Shown here one piece after another: positions 59,313 through 64,000 of a stretch of DNA of 64,000 nt (position 1 is its first letter; every line of letters begins with the position of its first letter). The translations under genes and the position numbers were made by a program. Below the pieces are notes generated by a model, which did no database searches, was not told the origin of the DNA, and saw only the letters and a list, made by a program, of their open reading frames with translations. The stretch lies in NCBI GenBank assembly GCA_043228905.1, contig JBHGNT010000022.1:12586001-12650000 (forward strand), in the 5' to 3' direction. This DNA is from Azolla caroliniana. Lineage: Eukaryota > Plantae > Polypodiophyta.

Positions 59313-61888
59313 CTAGTGCAGCCAAAGCTTTTGAAAGCCTAAAGAGAACATTCACTTCTGCTCCAATTCTACTTCATGCTGACCTAGAAAACCGTTTATC
59401 ATCGAGGCGGATGCGTCTGATTTTGCACTAGGAAGTATCTTGTCACAAGCAAGAGATGATGGGAAGCTACATCCAATTGCTTTCCATTCACGCAAATTCG
59501 AAGCCGTAGAGAGCAATTACGAGATTCACGACAAAGAGCTTCTAGCCATTATAGACGTGGTTGAATAGTGGAGACATTTCTTAGAAGGTTCTCCCCACCA
59601 AATCATTGTTTAGAATGATCTTAAAAACCTCACATACTTTTAAAGTGCTAGAGTCTTGAGTTGTTGCCAAGCTCGTTGTGCAACAAGAAAAGGCAGATGC
59701 TAACACGTTTTGACTTTGTCATCACATATCACCCAGGAGTACAACAAGAAAAGGCAGATGCTCTCTCACGACGATCTTATTTGGCTCCACAACCAGGAGA
59801 GCCCACATTTGATCATCAAAAACAAATCGTCTTGGGGCCTAATCGGTTACCACTATTAACTATTAATGCCTCTCAAGCATTTGAAGATTCAAGTCTTCTT
59901 GATTCAATCCAAACAAATATCATTTCTGATTAATTTGCTCAAGATATATTGAATCATATAATTTCAGATCACGCTTCTTCTGCAAACTCCAAGAATCCTC
60001 GTAAAGATTATAACCAGTTTAAATGGGATAATGGTTTACTTTTTCACAACACTCTTTTGTATGTCCCAAATGGTTTGTCTCGACTTCAAGTAATGCAATA
60101 TTGTCACGACAATCCAATGGCTAGGCACTTTGGAATCCACAAAACTTTGGAGCTAGTTTCTCAAAACTATTGGTGGCCTCACCTTCGAGAGTTTGTTGAA
60201 GATTATGTTCATAGTTGTGATGTGTGTTGTCAGTCAAAGATTCCATGACATCGACCATATGGGTTATTACAACCATTGCCAGTTCCTACTAGTCCGTGGA
60301 AATCCACCTCGATGGATTTTATTACAGATCTTCCAATTTCGAAGAGTTTTGATGCTATTCTCACTATAGTAGATCGATTCACAAAGATGGCGCATTTTCT
60401 TTCATGCACGAAAACCATCAACAGTAAAGAAACTATAGACATTGTTATGAAAGAAGTATTTCGGTTTCATGGTGTTCAAAATGACATCATTAGTGATCGT
60501 GGCCCACAATTCATCTCAAAATTCTAGAAACACTTGATTGAGATGCTCAAAATCTCCTGTAAACTTTCGTCAAGCTATCATCCACAAACTGACGGTCGAA
60601 CCGAGCGGACAAATCAAACACTAGAGCAATATCTTCGGTGTTTCATCAATTACCAACAAGATGATTGGGTGGATTTTTTGCACTTTGCAGAGTTTGCATG
60701 CAATAATTCAGTTCATTCCTCAACAGGGTATACTCCATTTTTTGTAAACATAGGATATCATCCTCGTTGGACAATGATGGCACATCTAGAAATCTCAAAA
60801 AATCCTGCTATTGAAGATTGTCTGCATCAACTCCAAGATGTGCATGTTGCACTTTCTCAACATTTACAAACTACTTAAGTCACACACAAAAAAGCCACAG
60901 ATCATCACCGTCTCGACTCTTCACCAAAGGAACCGAGGTTTCGAATTGGGGATCGTGTATGGTTACTACGATATAATGTGAAGACTACTAGACCTTGTGA
61001 CAAGTTGGATTATCAACGACTTGGTCCATTTATTATCTCCAATCAGATTAATGATGTTGCATTCCGCCTTGATCTACCTCCACAGATGCATCTACATCCG
61101 GTATTTCATGTCTCATTGTTGGAACCCTACATTGGTAGTTCCATTCCACATCGGGTTGTTCTACCCCCACCTCCAGTTCAACTTGTTGATGGCCCAGAAT
61201 TTGAAGTCAAAGCTATTTTGGACTCCAAGATAATACGTAAAAAGCTTTATTATCTTGTGGATTCGTTAGGATATACACCAAATGATCGTACTTGGGAGCC
61301 AGCTGAGAACCTTGATAATGCCTCTGACTTGGTGGCTGAATTTCATCGCCAATATCTAGATAGGCCACGTCTGAATTCATGCATTATGACTCGTGGAACT
61401 CCTCGTCAAAGGAGGGGGATGGTGTCATGTGTATATAAAACCCAATAAGCTTTATGGTGATTCGAACCCATAACCTCCTCAAAAAAGGCATACAACCCCA
61501 ACCATTAAGATACATCATATTGTATATATTAAATAATAAATTCTATTATATCAATATGAAATACATATAATAATATTATTGAAATGTCGCCACCTTACAT
61601 AGGCTAACGCATGATTGCCAAGGGGCATGCTTGCATGAATGCCAAGTGGCTATCATGCATGTGTATGAGGTGGCGTGCATGCATGTATCCAAACCATGCT
61701 ATATAAACATGTATTTGACTATTGATGAACCATTCTGGTTCAACGCCAATCTTCGGCATATTCTTGTAAACATTGCTCTCGTTGTTAATACATTATCAAA
61801 TTCTTCTTATCTCTCTCATTTCTCTCATATCTTTCGCTTCTCATTCTCTTCTTCATTTTAAAACTCATTCCTAGCTTTGGCCCTGACA
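59313..61888 (+). mobile_element. Element H: 3' half of an old Tcn1-like chromovirus (RNase H-integrase-chromodomain plus 3' LTR 61423-61888)
   Basis: [15 protein letters not shown], chromodomain FEVKAILDSK..TWEP; PPT aaaggagggggatgg; many stops. Confidence 0.88.
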
Positions 61889-62191
61889 ATATAAAGCTTA
61901 ATTGTTTTTAAATTAGTGGCTCATTGTGAATATTGTTTGTTATAAAAAACATGAGTTGTTAATTTTACGGTAAAAAAACATAGTGTAAATATGTGACATT
62001 AGCCTAATTTTGTGAATTTTCAATTTTATGACATGGTGGGATTTTAAGCTTTTCCATTGAGTCTTTGAGCACATGTGATACAGGTATATCACATTTTTTG
62101 TGAGATGGTTAAAAAAACCCTGAAATCTAATAGAATATTCCTTATCCTTCCAATTGTGCGTGATCCTTCCACTTCTGAACGCGAACGTGTT

Positions 62192-63642
62192 AGAAGTTCT
62201 TCCTGCATGAAGGATATCTGTGGCAACATTCGAAAACCAAGGTTGGAAACCCGCAAACAGTAATTATAGGTTCTGAAGGGCAAAGAAAGGAGATAATGAG
62301 AGAGCTACATGACAAAGAATGGGTTGGTCATCGAGGAGTGTGGGCCACTTTCAATAAGATTAAAGAAAGGTTTAGGTGACCTCGATACTACGAGAAATAA
62401 AAAAAAGTATGTGGAAACTTGTCCCACTTGTCGATGTTATTCAAATGTAAAATTTTGTGATGAATTACACCCAACATACTCACCGAGGGTGCATTACAAG
62501 TGGGTGATAGATTTGGTAACAATGTCACTTGGAGTAGGACAAAAGAAATACTTGATCCTTGCAAGAGAAGATCTAACAAATCAAATGGAAGGACGTTGTC
62601 GTGAATATTTCAGGCCATAACAGGAAACATAGCCGAATGCGTGTGAACGTGGGTGTGCACAAGTGCATCCCCCTTTTGTACTAACATGTGTAAATACTAA
62701 GTAATGATAGGGTTTTGGTGATTACTAGGAAGTTAGGCTTTAATAGGTGCTTTAATATCACGTAGGTGGAGGAGAATAAAAAAAGGGGATAATGGGAGAA
62801 AATCAAGAAGGGAATCAAGGGGGATAACGAAAGGTCATAAAACCTAATGTAACGGCCATCCCTTGCACTATAAAAGGGGCGGCCCCAAACTGTTTTAGAA
62901 ATCGATGTTTGAGGAGAAGAAAACCTTGTCGTTCAAAGTATCAAAGCTCTCTCTCTATCTCTCGGTCTCTCTCTTATTACGACCAACGACTGAACTCCAG
63001 AAGGTGCATCCTTTGCTCACATTAGACGCCCGTGTGCTCCCCACCAGAGGATCACCACTCTGCGTGTGTTTACTGTAGAGCTCGAAGATATGTTCCCGGC
63101 TCAGACCAGTTGTACTCCCTGCGCATCACGCGCACGTTCTAACTAATACTGTTATTCTATTATGTTGTCTTGTGTTGCAATTCCATCATATCGCGTTGTA
63201 ACGGTGACCTACGACCGTCTCCCTCTTGTCCCTCTCTATTCTGTCTACGGTCTGTGTGTACGCAATGCGAGGGATATTCCTCCTCTTTGCTCGATGCCTT
63301 GGTTCAAGACCCCCGTGGTTTTGCCCCATTTCTACGCATCCGCGCAGAATAGCGTGACAACGTGCACTACGAACAAAAGGGACATCAAGAGTATGTCAAT
63401 TCATCTTGGAGGACATTGTTTGTAGATATGGATGTATCGGGAAGATAGTAGTAGATATGGGAGAGCTCAATTCTGCAGAAGCTCAAGATTTTTTCGACAA
63501 AGTAGGGAGTCAGCTTTCTATGACAATGGCGTACAATCCGGGGCCAATAGTCAAAGCTTTAACAAATGCATGCAAAGGACGGGTCAGTGATTGGCCAAAA
63601 ATCTTACCCTATGCATTGTGGGTTGATAGGACAACTCACAAC
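62192..63642 (+). pseudogene. Degraded Phygy-like integrase fragment interrupted by a solo LTR
   Basis: KWVIDLVTM, LAREDLTNQMEG|RALRTK, CRYGCIGKIV, LPYALW, homologous to A and F. Confidence 0.85.
62597..63359 (+). mobile_element. Solo LTR of a Phygy-like family
   Basis: TGTCGTGA...TGACA; TSD ACGT (62593-62596, 63360-63363); 3' part resembles the F LTR (ggttc.agacccccgtggt). Confidence 0.9.
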
Positions 63643-64000
63643 CAGTGTTGGCAAAGTTTTTAACCCCTACCGGAAATTTTCCTGTTGCTTATGATCCTAA
63701 CCGGAAATTAAAAAATTTAACCGGCCACTTTCCTACGAGTGATAATGTCAACCGAAACATGTTAAATTATTTTTTATCACATACCAAAAGAAAATAGCAC
63801 AAGATGAGGTAGCAACATAAATAGAGTACATACGTTCTATGAAGCAAATATGTTATCCCTCCCCTACTTGGTTCGGCCTCTACATAGATGAGGTAGCAAC
63901 ATTGAGATGGTGAGATTTTTTGTTGACATCATAATCTTGGTCTCTAAATCTCGTGCAAGTACACAATATCATCTCAATAACCTATATGGTATTCCTTGTG
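63643..64000. mobile_element. Possible end of a hAT-like DNA element
   Basis: Integrase homology stops abruptly at CAGTGTTGGCAAAG, followed by repeated accggaaatt; the other end is not in the window. Confidence 0.35.

Noticed and set aside
22659-63359. Bias for opposite-orientation nesting of LTR elements
   Set aside because: Four of five cases is compatible with chance.

Overview
A 64-kb eukaryotic window made almost entirely of nested transposable elements, with no recognisable host housekeeping gene. The mix (Tork/Tnt1-like Ty1/copia, Tcn1-like chromoviruses, tRNA-Trp-primed Ty3/gypsy, Sola-like DNA transposases, an APE LINE) suggests a non-seed land plant such as a fern, lycophyte or bryophyte (inference). 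Six two-LTR retrotransposons are resolved with both LTRs and TSDs: A 3243-10279, C 21857-37434, B 22659-27729, F 29963-35266, E 39593-51015 and D 42554-48329. Also present are two solo LTRs, two half elements (G, H), a LINE, and two broken DNA transposase genes, each beside a spliced opposite-strand companion gene whose introns hold tandem repeats. Most notable: (1) an antisense tRNA-like A-box/B-box module with tRNA-like spacing near the outer U3 end of four LTR families from two Ty3/gypsy lineages, plus a free copy; (2) an intact, self-priming chromovirus with a 10-unit heat-shock-element array; (3) a -1 frameshift/pseudoknot placed after the protease in element A; (4) two very young elements with in-frame internal deletions; (5) CpG-centred 4-bp target sites. 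Coordinates and difference counts were read by eye, and lineage names rest on motif recognition, not database searches.
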